DNA from: an uncultured Planctomycetales bacterium
GTDB taxonomy: Bacteria > Planctomycetota > Phycisphaerae > UBA1845 > Fen-1342
Length of the DNA stretch: 59,300 bases
Direction: 5' to 3'
NCBI GenBank assembly: GCA_964643885.1
Contig: CAZXUI010000010.1
Coordinates: 6,541-65,840, forward strand
The first letter of the stretch is position 1; each line of letters starts with the position of its first letter. The notes under the pieces were generated by a model. It was not told the origin of the DNA. It saw nothing but the letters and a program-made list of their open reading frames with translations, and did not search any database. A program made the position numbers and the translations under genes. Below are positions 19,732 through 29,235 of this stretch, in pieces.

Positions 19732-21618
19732 ATGCACGCTTGTCGCGGGTCTCGGCCGCGCCGAGGCGGCACTCTTGCCGTCCTCGCTGCGCTGCTGCCG
19801 CTTATCACGCTCTACGTCGGGTGCGGTCCGCAGCCGGGCGACCCGCTCGACCCGAATTCGTTCGTGCCGGATACACAGGGCTCGAACGACCCGGTGTGGG
19901 ACGGCACCGGCGACGGCCCGAACGACTCGGACGGCGGGGCGAACCCCGACGAATCCGATCCGGACAACGGTGACGACGACGACCCGTTCGACGACGACAA
20001 CGGCGACCCCGACAACGAGCCGGTGCTCGACTTCTCTCCCAAAAGCCTGGATTTCGGCGACGGTACGGACCGGCTCGACCTCCAGATCCGCAACGTCGGC
20101 ATCGGCACGCTGAATTACACGATCTCGGCCGAGGCCGGCTGGGTTTCGGTCTCACCCAGCTCCGGCAGCAACAGCGGCACGACGGACCACATCGAGGTGG
20201 CGGTCGACCGCGTCGGGCTGGCGGTCGGCAATCATCAGACCTCGGTCGTGATTACGACGGCCGACGGCGCCACGCGCGTTCCCGTACACGCCAGCGTCGC
20301 CGACAACCAGAACAACCCGCCGCCGCAGGTGCAGCTCTCGCCGGCGTCGCTCGACTTCGCCACCTCGCAGGGTCCGCGGAGCTTCACGCTTCAGTTGACG
20401 ACCGAAGGGTCCTTCAACTTCACCATCGTGACGAGCGCCGCCTGGCTGTCGGCCGACCCGCCGCAGGGCACCAACGCCGGCGAGGTCGACACGATCACGT
20501 TGAACGTCGATCGCGGCGCGATGGGCAGCGGCGTGCATTTCGCGACGGCCAGCGTCTACGACGGCACGCGGCGGCTCGCCTCCGTGACGGTCCGAGCGGA
20601 CGGCGGCGGCAGCGGCTCAGCGGCGTTCCAGCGGATGCGCGTGCTGGGCGGCGGAACGGCGCTCAACCGCGCGTTCGCGATCGGCGCGAATGATTCGCTG
20701 ATCGTCGGCCGCAGCCAGTGGGCTGGCAGCGGCGTCTACGAGGCTTTCCGCTGGACGAGCTCGGGCGGGCTTTCGGGCATCGGCGAGCTGCCGGGCGGGC
20801 AGAACTTCAGCGTCGGCGCGAGCTGCTCGAACCAGGGAGACGTGATCGTCGGCACGAGCTATTCGGCCAACGGATACGAGGCGTTTCGCTGGAAGGCCGG
20901 CGGCGCGATGCAGGGTCTGGGCGACCTGCCGGGCGGAGAGTTCCGCAGCGAAGCCCGCGCCGTCTCCGCCAACGGCCTGGTCGTCGTCGGGGCGTCGGCA
21001 TCGGCCGCCGGCACGCAGGCTTTCCGCTGGACCGAGCACGAGGGAATGGTCGGCCTCGGCGATCTGTCCGGCGGGCCGTTCTCCAGCAACGCGACGGCCG
21101 CCTCCAGCGACGGCTCCGTCGTCGTCGGCTACAGCGCGCGGGCAGAGGGTAACGAGGCATTCCGCTGGACCGCATCCGGCGGCATGACCGGGCTCGGCCG
21201 GCTCAGCGACGGCCGCTGGAGCGAGGCTCGGGCCGTGTCGGCCAACGGCCTGACGGTCGTCGGCGTGGCGGACCGGCCGGGCGGCCCGCAGGCCTTCTTC
21301 TGGAACAGCTCCTCCGGCATGGTGGCGCTCGGCGACCTGCCCGGCGGGAACGTCTACAGCGTGGCGACGGCCGTCTCGGAGAACGGCGCGATGGTCTTCG
21401 GGGCGAGCTGTACGGAAGTCGGGCTCGAGGCATTCCGCTGGACGCCGGGCCAGGGCATGCGGCGGTTGCAGGATGTGCTCGAGGACGACTTCGGCCTGAA
21501 TCTCTCGGGCTGGACGCTGCACAGCGTGGACGCGGTTTCGCCGGACGGTCGCGTGATCGTCGGGCAGGGCGTGAACCCGCAGGGCGAGATGGAATCGTGG
21601 ATTGCGAGGCTTCCGTGA
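19732..21618 (+). CDS. Lipoprotein with an Ig/BACON-like N-terminal region and about seven roughly 40-aa extracellular repeats (HAF-repeat-like, motif EAFRWT…GLGDLPGG).
   Basis: Signal/lipobox LAVLAALLPLITLYVGCG. Acidic low-complexity spacer. Repeats read directly from the sequence. The HAF-family assignment is by recollection of the motif. Confidence 0.65.
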   Translation: MHACRGSRPRRGGTLAVLAALLPLITLYVGCGPQPGDPLDPNSFVPDTQGSNDPVWDGTGDGPNDSDGGANPDESDPDNGDDDDPFDDDNGDPDNEPVLDFSPKSLDFGDGTDRLDLQIRNVGIGTLNYTISAEAGWVSVSPSSGSNSGTTDHIEVAVDRVGLAVGNHQTSVVITTADGATRVPVHASVADNQNNPPPQVQLSPASLDFATSQGPRSFTLQLTTEGSFNFTIVTSAAWLSADPPQGTNAGEVDTITLNVDRGAMGSGVHFATASVYDGTRRLASVTVRADGGGSGSAAFQRMRVLGGGTALNRAFAIGANDSLIVGRSQWAGSGVYEAFRWTSSGGLSGIGELPGGQNFSVGASCSNQGDVIVGTSYSANGYEAFRWKAGGAMQGLGDLPGGEFRSEARAVSANGLVVVGASASAAGTQAFRWTEHEGMVGLGDLSGGPFSSNATAASSDGSVVVGYSARAEGNEAFRWTASGGMTGLGRLSDGRWSEARAVSANGLTVVGVADRPGGPQAFFWNSSSGMVALGDLPGGNVYSVATAVSENGAMVFGASCTEVGLEAFRWTPGQGMRRLQDVLEDDFGLNLSGWTLHSVDAVSPDGRVIVGQGVNPQGEMESWIARLP

Positions 21619-21851
21619 ACACGCGTGCAAAAAGATTAAACGAGCGATCTGCGGCCCGTGGCGCCGCCGCAACCGCGCTCGGGAGCGCTGTGCAGCGTGA
21701 GAATCTGCATAATCATCGAGATTTTTCGGGTTTCGGCGCACTTGACCGAGACAGCCAGTGCGCCGATAGGATGGGCAGGATTGGCGCGAATGCCCGGAGG
21801 GTGGAGGCTGCGGCGCCGCTCTGGCGAGCAGGACGGGGGAAGAGGAAACTG

Positions 21852-24098
21852 ATGTCACTACAGCTCGTTCGAGGCGCCGCTGCGCTCCAGCGCAGCGCGG
21901 CGCTGATTGCCGTTACCCTGAGCATTCTGGCCGTTCCCGCCGCGCAGGCGATCACACTGACGTGCGGGAATCTCTCCATCACGATCGCGAACGATGGGCG
22001 TGTACAGACGATCATCGACCTCGTAACCGGCGTGGATCGCAATCGGCCCTCCGATGCGGCCGTGCGGCCGCACTTCGCGCTGCTGATCGTCGGCGGTCAG
22101 ACGATCGAGCCGACGAGCTTCTCTACGTCGCCGGGCCGGCTGATCTACACGTTCGGGTCGCTCTCACCGGCACCTGTGCTGACGATCGCCTATCAGCAGC
22201 AGCCGCAGTACCTGCGGTTCGAAGTGGAGAGCATCACGAACGCGTCTGCGGTCGAGGAGGTGCGGTTCGTCAACCTCTACACGGCCGGTTCGATCGACGG
22301 GACGGGCAAGCGCTTCCTGCGCTACAGCGACAACGGCATCGGGCGGCGGCTGGCGGTATATCCTCTGGATCCGTTCACGTTCACGCGTGTCGGAGCGGCC
22401 GGTGCGGGCGGATATCTCTGGGCGCACGCGATGTCGTCGCTGCCGTATACCACGCCGGTTTCTTTCGTGGGGCGGAAAGTGGCCCTGTTCGCCTCGCCGG
22501 CGGACGCGGCCGGCCTGTATTCGATTGCCGGGCAGGTGGAGGCGGCCGAGGGGCTGCCGCTGGGCGTGGAGGCCAAGCAGAGGCCGGAGCTGCGTCATTC
22601 GGGGTTCTGGTGGAGCGGCTTCGAGTATGACGAGCGTCAACTGGTGATCGATTACACCCTGGCGGCGGGAATTCAGCGCATCACGCTTCCACTGAGCATG
22701 TGGAAGAACACTCGGACGGCGAACACGCCGTCGGTGATCTGGGGCGGGAGCGTCGCGGCGCTGGCGGACTGGGTCGACGATTGCCACCAGGCGGGATTGA
22801 AGGTGGGAGCGCACCTGTTTCTGTCGCAGATTCCGAAGAATTGCGCGGAGTACATTCTGGCGGGCGCCGATCCGCGTCTGCGGCGCGACCGGACGGTCAC
22901 GCTGGCGGCGGACCTGCCGGCGTCGCAGACGACGGGGCTGATCCGCACGACCACGCCGCCGACGGACTGGCCGACTTTCGGCTTCGACCGCGACATCGTC
23001 ATCAACGGCGAGATCATCCAGTACTCGGGTGTTCAGACGACCCCGCCGTACGGTCTCACGGGACCGTTCGTGCGGGCGAAGAATCAGACCGACCCGGGCG
23101 GACTCGGACCGCAATCGCATTCGGCGGGATCGGAGATCGGCCATCTTGTCACGTCTGAGGACGGGGAGTTTTATCAATGGGGCCTCGCCTCCGGCGGGAT
23201 TACGGAATGGTGCCGCGTGCAGGCAGAGACGCTGGATGCGGTCGGGTTCGACTCTTACTACGCGGACGGGGCCGAGGAAACTGAAGAGCCCTACTGGTAC
23301 ACGATTCCGACCGCGCAGTGGATTCTCCACGAGACGCTGACGAACAAGCCGCTCTGGCTGGAGAGCAGCGCCAACGAGGACTGGACTTTCACGTCGATCC
23401 ACGGGCAGATCGATTACCGATACTGGGAGCCGTTCCGCTCCGAGGTCGACCGAAACGTCGAGATGCTCGACTACCACGAGCAGATTCAGGGGCTGATCCC
23501 CCTTCAGTTCGGCTGGCCGCAGCTCTATCGCCCGGGGTTCCCCTTCGTCACGCCGGACGAGCTCGAGTATCTGCTGGCCAGGTCGATCGGCCACGACGCG
23601 CCGATCTTCTTCCAACTCAACATGCCGATGATTCAGCAGTGGCCCAACCGGGATGCGAACTTCTTCGTGATCAACAAGTATGAGCAGCTCCGGCTGAGCG
23701 GGTATTTCCCGGAGGCGGTCAAGCAGACGGCGCGCGAGCCCGGCCGCGACTTCATGCTCGTGACGGATCACCTGGGCGATCATCACCTGGCACCGAGCTC
23801 GATGCTGAGTATCGCCGGCGGTTCGCCTGCCGTCCGCGGGTACATCACCGACCTGCCGGTGGCCGGCAGCCGTTACATCAGCGTCTGGCCGATGACGCTG
23901 ACGTCGCAGAAGCTCCGGCTCACGGGATTCGAGCCGTCGGACATCGAAGTCCGCGACTATCGGGGCGTTCTCGTGCCGGTCACCGACCTTGGTGCGGGCT
24001 CGATTGAGATTCGCGTGGCAGAGCGCATCTACATCCGGCTGCTCAAGGTCCTTGACCCGGCCGACGCGTTCGCGGCCGCCGGCATTCTGACCGGCTAA
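21852..24098 (+). CDS. Hypothetical secreted protein (748 aa), function unknown.
   Basis: Signal peptide MSLQLVRGAAALQRSAALIAVTLSILAVPAAQA. GGAAGAGGAAAC lies just upstream of the ATG. Possible sigma-70-like TTGACC…GATAGG about 100 bp upstream. Confidence 0.55.
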   Translation: MSLQLVRGAAALQRSAALIAVTLSILAVPAAQAITLTCGNLSITIANDGRVQTIIDLVTGVDRNRPSDAAVRPHFALLIVGGQTIEPTSFSTSPGRLIYTFGSLSPAPVLTIAYQQQPQYLRFEVESITNASAVEEVRFVNLYTAGSIDGTGKRFLRYSDNGIGRRLAVYPLDPFTFTRVGAAGAGGYLWAHAMSSLPYTTPVSFVGRKVALFASPADAAGLYSIAGQVEAAEGLPLGVEAKQRPELRHSGFWWSGFEYDERQLVIDYTLAAGIQRITLPLSMWKNTRTANTPSVIWGGSVAALADWVDDCHQAGLKVGAHLFLSQIPKNCAEYILAGADPRLRRDRTVTLAADLPASQTTGLIRTTTPPTDWPTFGFDRDIVINGEIIQYSGVQTTPPYGLTGPFVRAKNQTDPGGLGPQSHSAGSEIGHLVTSEDGEFYQWGLASGGITEWCRVQAETLDAVGFDSYYADGAEETEEPYWYTIPTAQWILHETLTNKPLWLESSANEDWTFTSIHGQIDYRYWEPFRSEVDRNVEMLDYHEQIQGLIPLQFGWPQLYRPGFPFVTPDELEYLLARSIGHDAPIFFQLNMPMIQQWPNRDANFFVINKYEQLRLSGYFPEAVKQTAREPGRDFMLVTDHLGDHHLAPSSMLSIAGGSPAVRGYITDLPVAGSRYISVWPMTLTSQKLRLTGFEPSDIEVRDYRGVLVPVTDLGAGSIEIRVAERIYIRLLKVLDPADAFAAAGILTG

Positions 24099-24149
24099 AC
24101 ACGTAGCGGCTTGACTTGGCCCGCCGGCGGCCGGACGCTATCGCCCGCG

Positions 24150-26165
24150 ATGACCAGCAGCGGCGATCTCAGGCGATTCGTGATCCGCGGCAAGCCGGCC
24201 GGCCCGCCGGACCAGCCGACCCACGCTCGACCGGGCAGCCCCGACGCCGGCTGCCCGGTCGTCGTCTATCGCAGCAGCGCCGCCGCCAGCCGCGCGGTCG
24301 CGCACGAGATGGCCGGGCTGATCCGCCGCCGCGCGGCCGAGGGCCGGCCGGCCGTGCTCGGCCTGGCCACCGGCTCCACGCCGCAGGGCGTCTACGACGA
24401 GCTGGTGCGGCTGCACCGCGACGACGGCCTGTCTTTCCGCAACGTCGTCACCTTCAATCTTGACGAGTACTGGCCGATGCAACCGGCTGCGCTGCAGAGC
24501 TATCACCGCTTCATGGCCGAGCAACTGTTCGACCATGTCGACATCGACCGTCGCAACGTCCACATTCCGGACGGCACGCTGCCGCGCGAGAGCGTCGACG
24601 AGGCCTGCCGCCGCTACGAGGAGCAGATTCGCGCCGCCGGCGGGATCGATCTTCAGCTCGTGGGCATCGGCCGCAGCGGCCACATCGGCTTCAACGAGCC
24701 CGGCTCGGCCCGCCACAGCCGCACGCGGCTGATCATGCTGGATAAGGTGACGCGGCTGGATGCGGCCAGCGACTTTTTCGGCGAGTGGAACGTGCCGCGG
24801 CACGCGATCACGATGGGTGTCGGCACGATCCTCGAAGCCCGCCGGATCGTGCTGCTGGCCTTCGGCGAGGGCAAGGCGCGGATTCTGCGCGAGGCGCTCG
24901 AGGGGCCGGTGACGGAGAATGTCGCCGCGAGCTTCCTTCAGCTCCACGCGGACGCGACCTGCGTGCTGGATACGGCCGCGGCGGGCGAGTTGATGCCCGT
25001 CCGCACGCCCTGGCTGCTGGGGCCGATCGCCGAGAGCGGCCAGCAGTGGGATACGGCCACGACGCGGCGTGCGGTGATCTGGCTTTCGCAGCAGGCCGGC
25101 AAGCCGATTCTCAAGCTGGTCGGCGAGGACTACAACGAGCACGGGCTGGGCGAGCTGCTCGCGCAGCGCGGCTCAGCCTATGACGTGAATCTGGAGGTCT
25201 TCCGGGCGCTTCAGAACACGATCACCGGCTGGCCGGGCGGCAAGGCGGGCCGGCCGCGGGCGGACGGCTCAGCGGACCCGGTGCCCAAGCGGATCGTGGT
25301 CTTCAGCCCGCATCCGGACGACGACGTGATTTCGATGGGCGGCACGCTCATCCGCCTCTGCCAGCAGGGTCACGAGGTGCACGTGGCCTATCAGACCTCC
25401 GGCAACATCGCTGTCTTCGACGAGAAGGCGGTGCGGCACGCGGATTTCGTGACGGAATTCGCCCGCACGTTCCGCCTGTTCAGCGAGCAGGAAGTCGCCC
25501 GGATCGAGGCGGCCGTCGAGCGGTTTCTCGCCGCGAAGAGACCCGGCGAGATCGACAGCCCGGAATTGCAGCAGATCAAGACGCTGATCCGCCGCAGCGA
25601 AGCGCGGGCCGCGGCCCGCTACTGCGGCGTGCAGGAGCCGAACATCCACTTTTTGGATCTGCCGTTCTACGAGACCGGCCGCGTCCGCAAGCGGCCGCTG
25701 GGCGCCGAGGACCTGCGGATCGTGCGGGCGCTGCTGGAGGGTGTGCGGCCGCAGCAGATCTATGCCGCGGGCGACCTCTCGGACCCGCACGGCACGCACC
25801 GGGTCTGCCTGGCGGCGGTCGTCAGTGCGCTGCGTGAGCTGCTGGACGAGGCGTGGATGCAGACGTGCGAGCTGTGGCTGTATCGCGGGGCGTGGCAGGA
25901 GTGGGAGCCGCACCAGATCGACATGGCCGTGCCGCTCAGCCCGGACGAAGCGGAGCGCAAGCGGATGGCGATCTTTTATCATGAGTCGCAGAAGGACAAG
26001 GCGCTTTTTCCGGGTCCGTGGGATACGCGCGAATTCTGGCAGCGGGCCGAGGATCGGAACCGGGCGACGGCCGAAATCTACGACCGGCTCGGCCTGCCGG
26101 AATATCAGGCGATCGAGGCGTTTGTGCGCTGTCCGCCGGCCCGGTTTGGTGAGTTTCTGGAGTAG
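24150..26165 (+). CDS. nagB: Glucosamine-6-phosphate deaminase (NagB-like) fused to a C-terminal LmbE/PIG-L-like deacetylase domain.
   Basis: N-terminal GLATGSTP, FNLDEY and GIGRSGHIGFNEP motifs (NagB/6-phosphogluconolactonase fold). C-terminal VFSPHPDDDVISMGGTL is a PIG-L/LmbE signature. The tool ORF starts at a TTG at 24111; the first ATG is at 24150. Confidence 0.8.
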   Translation: MTSSGDLRRFVIRGKPAGPPDQPTHARPGSPDAGCPVVVYRSSAAASRAVAHEMAGLIRRRAAEGRPAVLGLATGSTPQGVYDELVRLHRDDGLSFRNVVTFNLDEYWPMQPAALQSYHRFMAEQLFDHVDIDRRNVHIPDGTLPRESVDEACRRYEEQIRAAGGIDLQLVGIGRSGHIGFNEPGSARHSRTRLIMLDKVTRLDAASDFFGEWNVPRHAITMGVGTILEARRIVLLAFGEGKARILREALEGPVTENVAASFLQLHADATCVLDTAAAGELMPVRTPWLLGPIAESGQQWDTATTRRAVIWLSQQAGKPILKLVGEDYNEHGLGELLAQRGSAYDVNLEVFRALQNTITGWPGGKAGRPRADGSADPVPKRIVVFSPHPDDDVISMGGTLIRLCQQGHEVHVAYQTSGNIAVFDEKAVRHADFVTEFARTFRLFSEQEVARIEAAVERFLAAKRPGEIDSPELQQIKTLIRRSEARAAARYCGVQEPNIHFLDLPFYETGRVRKRPLGAEDLRIVRALLEGVRPQQIYAAGDLSDPHGTHRVCLAAVVSALRELLDEAWMQTCELWLYRGAWQEWEPHQIDMAVPLSPDEAERKRMAIFYHESQKDKALFPGPWDTREFWQRAEDRNRATAEIYDRLGLPEYQAIEAFVRCPPARFGEFLE

Positions 26166-26256
26166 AGGAAGAGACGAACCGGATGCCCGACCGCGATTCC
26201 GCCGGTCCGGCGCCTCGCAGCCGCTCGAATTGACCGTCGCACACGGAGGCGGGAGA

Positions 26257-27084
26257 ATGCCCGTCGATCAAACGGTGATAAAGGGCCAGCCACATCCCGA
26301 AACGGACCGCCAACCGGCTGCGCTGCTGGCCCGGGAGCGCCATCGCCAGATCATCTCGCGGCTTCAGCTCGCCGGCAGCGTGCGTGTCTCGGCCCTGGCG
26401 GCGGAGCTGAACGTCACGGAAGAGACGATCCGCCGCGACCTGGAGAAGCTGGACCGCGAGGGCAAGCTGGTGCGGATTCACGGCGGCGCGGTGACGGTCG
26501 AGACGGACCGCCGCGACCTTCCCTTCGACGTGCGCGAGGCCGTCAATCTCGACAAGAAGCGGGCGATCGCGGCGCGGGCGGTGCGCTACATAAACGAGGG
26601 AGACGTGATCGCGCTGGACGCGAGCTCCACGGCCCGCGAGCTGGCCCGCGAAATCCCCGACGTAGCCCTGACAGTGGTCACCAACTCCGTGGCCGTCGCC
26701 GGCGTGCTCGCGCACCGCGCCCGTGTCCGTGTCGTGGCGACCGGCGGCATCCTCGACGCCCCCTCGCTTTCCTACGTCGGCTCGATGGCCGAGGAGGCGG
26801 TCGCCCGCTACCACATTCGCAAGCTCTTTCTCTCGTCTCAGGGTGTCGACCTGGAGCGCGGCCTGAGCGTGACGGCCGACGAGCACGCACGCATCAAGCG
26901 CCGCATGATCGACCTGGCCGAGACGTCCTATCTGCTCGCCGACAGCAGCAAGTTCGGCTGCAAGGCGGTCGAGTTCTTCGCCCGCCTGGACGAGTTCTCA
27001 CGGATCGTGACCGACACCGGCATCGACGCGGTGATGCTGGAAACGATGCGCGAGCGCGGACTGAGCGTCGATATCGCCGACTGA
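26257..27084 (+). CDS. DeoR/GlpR-family transcriptional regulator.
   Basis: N-terminal HTH (RHRQIISRLQLAGSVRVSALAAELNVTEETIRRDL) plus a DeoR C-terminal sugar-binding domain. GGAGG RBS. Confidence 0.85.
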   Translation: MPVDQTVIKGQPHPETDRQPAALLARERHRQIISRLQLAGSVRVSALAAELNVTEETIRRDLEKLDREGKLVRIHGGAVTVETDRRDLPFDVREAVNLDKKRAIAARAVRYINEGDVIALDASSTARELAREIPDVALTVVTNSVAVAGVLAHRARVRVVATGGILDAPSLSYVGSMAEEAVARYHIRKLFLSSQGVDLERGLSVTADEHARIKRRMIDLAETSYLLADSSKFGCKAVEFFARLDEFSRIVTDTGIDAVMLETMRERGLSVDIAD

Positions 27085-27162
27085 GGCCGCGTCCTCACGC
27101 CCGCCGGCTGTTCCGCACTGCGCCGCGCTGCGGCGCTCCCCTGCAACGGCCGAGGAGCCGCC

Positions 27163-29178
27163 ATGCAGCTTGACTCGCTCGACTGGACGCTGGTCGCCGC
27201 GTTCTTCTCCGTCACGCTCGTCATCGGACTGCTGGTCGCCCGCCGGGCCGGCCGCAGCACCGCCGAATTCTTCCTCTCCGGCCGCACGCTGCCCTGGTGG
27301 CTGCTGGGCATGTCGATGGTGGCGACGACGTTTTCGACGGATACGCCGAACCTCGTGACCGACATCGTGCGTCAGCACGGCGTCGCGGGGAACTGGGTCT
27401 GGTGGGCGTTTCTGCTGACGGGCATGCTGACGGTCTTCGTCTACGCGCAGCTCTGGCGCCGCAGCGGCGTGACGACCGACCTGGAGTTCTACGAGCTGCG
27501 CTACTGCGGCCCGGCTGCGACGTTCCTGCGCGGCTTTCGGGCGCTCTATCTGGGCGTATTCTTCAACGTCTGCATCATGGCGACCGTCTCGCTCGCGGCG
27601 ATCAAGATCGGCGGCGTGATGTTCAATTTCTCGCCGCTGAACACGATCCTGATCGCGTCGGCCGTGACGGTGCTGTTCAGCGCGGCCGGCGGTCTGACGG
27701 CCGTCGTGTTGACGGACTTCCTGCTCTTCATCGTCGCCATGATCGGGGCGGTCGCGGCGGCGGTCATCGCCCTGAATCAGCCCGAAGTCGGCGGCCTGAG
27801 CGGCCTGCTCGGACACGCCGAGCTGGCCGGCAAGCTGAGCATCATTCCGCCGCTCTATGCCGAGAGCACACCGGCGCTGGCCGCCGCGGCCGGCGAGCCC
27901 GCGATCAACTGGGACGTGCTGATACCGCTGCTGATCATGCCGCTGGCGGTGCAGTGGTGGAGCGTCTGGTATCCCGGCTCCGAGCCGGGAGGCGGCGGCT
28001 ACATTGCCCAGCGGATGCTCAGTGCCCGCAACGAAAACCACGCGGTCGCGGCGACGTTCTTTTTCAACGCGGCCCACTATGCCCTGCGGCCGTGGCCGTG
28101 GATTCTCGTGGCGCTGGCGTCCCTGGTGATCTTTCCGATGGATGCGATGGACCAGCGGACCGGCGCGCGGCAGGCGCTCGATAGCCGGAAACTGGCGCCG
28201 CTCGTGGAGCAGTGGCGATCGGACCCCGCCTCGCTCGATGCCCAGACGCGGGCCGAAATCGAGCGGCTCGACCTTCAGGCCCGCGGCCTGACGGCCATCC
28301 GCACCGCGTTTCCGCACGTCGAGCACGGTAAGCTCGGCCACGACCTGGCCTACCCGGCGATGCTGACGTTCCTGCCGCACGGACTGCTGGGGCTCGTGGT
28401 CGCTTCGCTGATCGCGGCCTACATGTCGACCATCTCGACGCATCTGAACTGGGGTTCGAGCTATATCGTCAATGACTTCTGGAAACGATTCATCAGCCCG
28501 CAGGCCGGCGAGCACGAATTGGTCTGGGTCGGCCGCGTCTCGACGGTGATCCTGATGGTGCTGGCGGGCGGGCTGGCGCTCTACCTGGAGAGTGCGCTCC
28601 AGGCGTTCGGCATTCTGCTTCAGATCGGTGCGGGCACGGGTCTGCTCTTCATTCTGCGCTGGTTCTGGTGGCGGATCAGCCCCTACAGTGAAATCACGGC
28701 GATGGCGGTGTCGCTGGCGGTCGCAGTGTACTTTCGCATCGCCGCGCCCGGCCTGCTGAACGAGTGGCAGCAGCTTCTGGCGGGTGTCGGCATCACGACG
28801 GCCGCGTGGCTGGCCGTCACGCTGGCCGCGCCGGCCAGCGACGACGCGACCTTGCGGCGGTTCTACCGGCTGACGCGGCCGGGCGGGCCGGGCTGGCGAA
28901 AGGTGATCGAAGACGCCCGCCGCGACGGCGAGGAGCTGACGGGCGCGGAAGGCGCCGCGTCGAATGTTCCGCAGGGCATCCTCTGCATGCTGCTGGGCTG
29001 CGCCTTCGTGTACAGTGCGCTCTTCGGCGTCGGCGCGGCCATCTACGGCCAGTACGCGACGCTTGCAATCTGGGCGGCGATCTTCGTGGCGAGCGGCGTG
29101 GCCCTGCTGAGCGCCGTTCCGCGGCTGACGCGGCGAATGCGAGCGATCGAGCTGAGCAAGGCCGGCACCGAGCCGTAG
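27163..29178 (+). CDS. Sodium:solute symporter (SSS) family transporter.
   Basis: 671 aa with 13-15 TM helices. N-terminal FFLSGRTLPWWLLGMSMVATTFSTDT is typical of SSS. Confidence 0.85.
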   Translation: MQLDSLDWTLVAAFFSVTLVIGLLVARRAGRSTAEFFLSGRTLPWWLLGMSMVATTFSTDTPNLVTDIVRQHGVAGNWVWWAFLLTGMLTVFVYAQLWRRSGVTTDLEFYELRYCGPAATFLRGFRALYLGVFFNVCIMATVSLAAIKIGGVMFNFSPLNTILIASAVTVLFSAAGGLTAVVLTDFLLFIVAMIGAVAAAVIALNQPEVGGLSGLLGHAELAGKLSIIPPLYAESTPALAAAAGEPAINWDVLIPLLIMPLAVQWWSVWYPGSEPGGGGYIAQRMLSARNENHAVAATFFFNAAHYALRPWPWILVALASLVIFPMDAMDQRTGARQALDSRKLAPLVEQWRSDPASLDAQTRAEIERLDLQARGLTAIRTAFPHVEHGKLGHDLAYPAMLTFLPHGLLGLVVASLIAAYMSTISTHLNWGSSYIVNDFWKRFISPQAGEHELVWVGRVSTVILMVLAGGLALYLESALQAFGILLQIGAGTGLLFILRWFWWRISPYSEITAMAVSLAVAVYFRIAAPGLLNEWQQLLAGVGITTAAWLAVTLAAPASDDATLRRFYRLTRPGGPGWRKVIEDARRDGEELTGAEGAASNVPQGILCMLLGCAFVYSALFGVGAAIYGQYATLAIWAAIFVASGVALLSAVPRLTRRMRAIELSKAGTEP

Positions 29179-29235
29179 AGCTCCATTCATGCCGAGCCCG
29201 CGGCATGGCGCGCTTACAATTGCGAGAGCTGATCG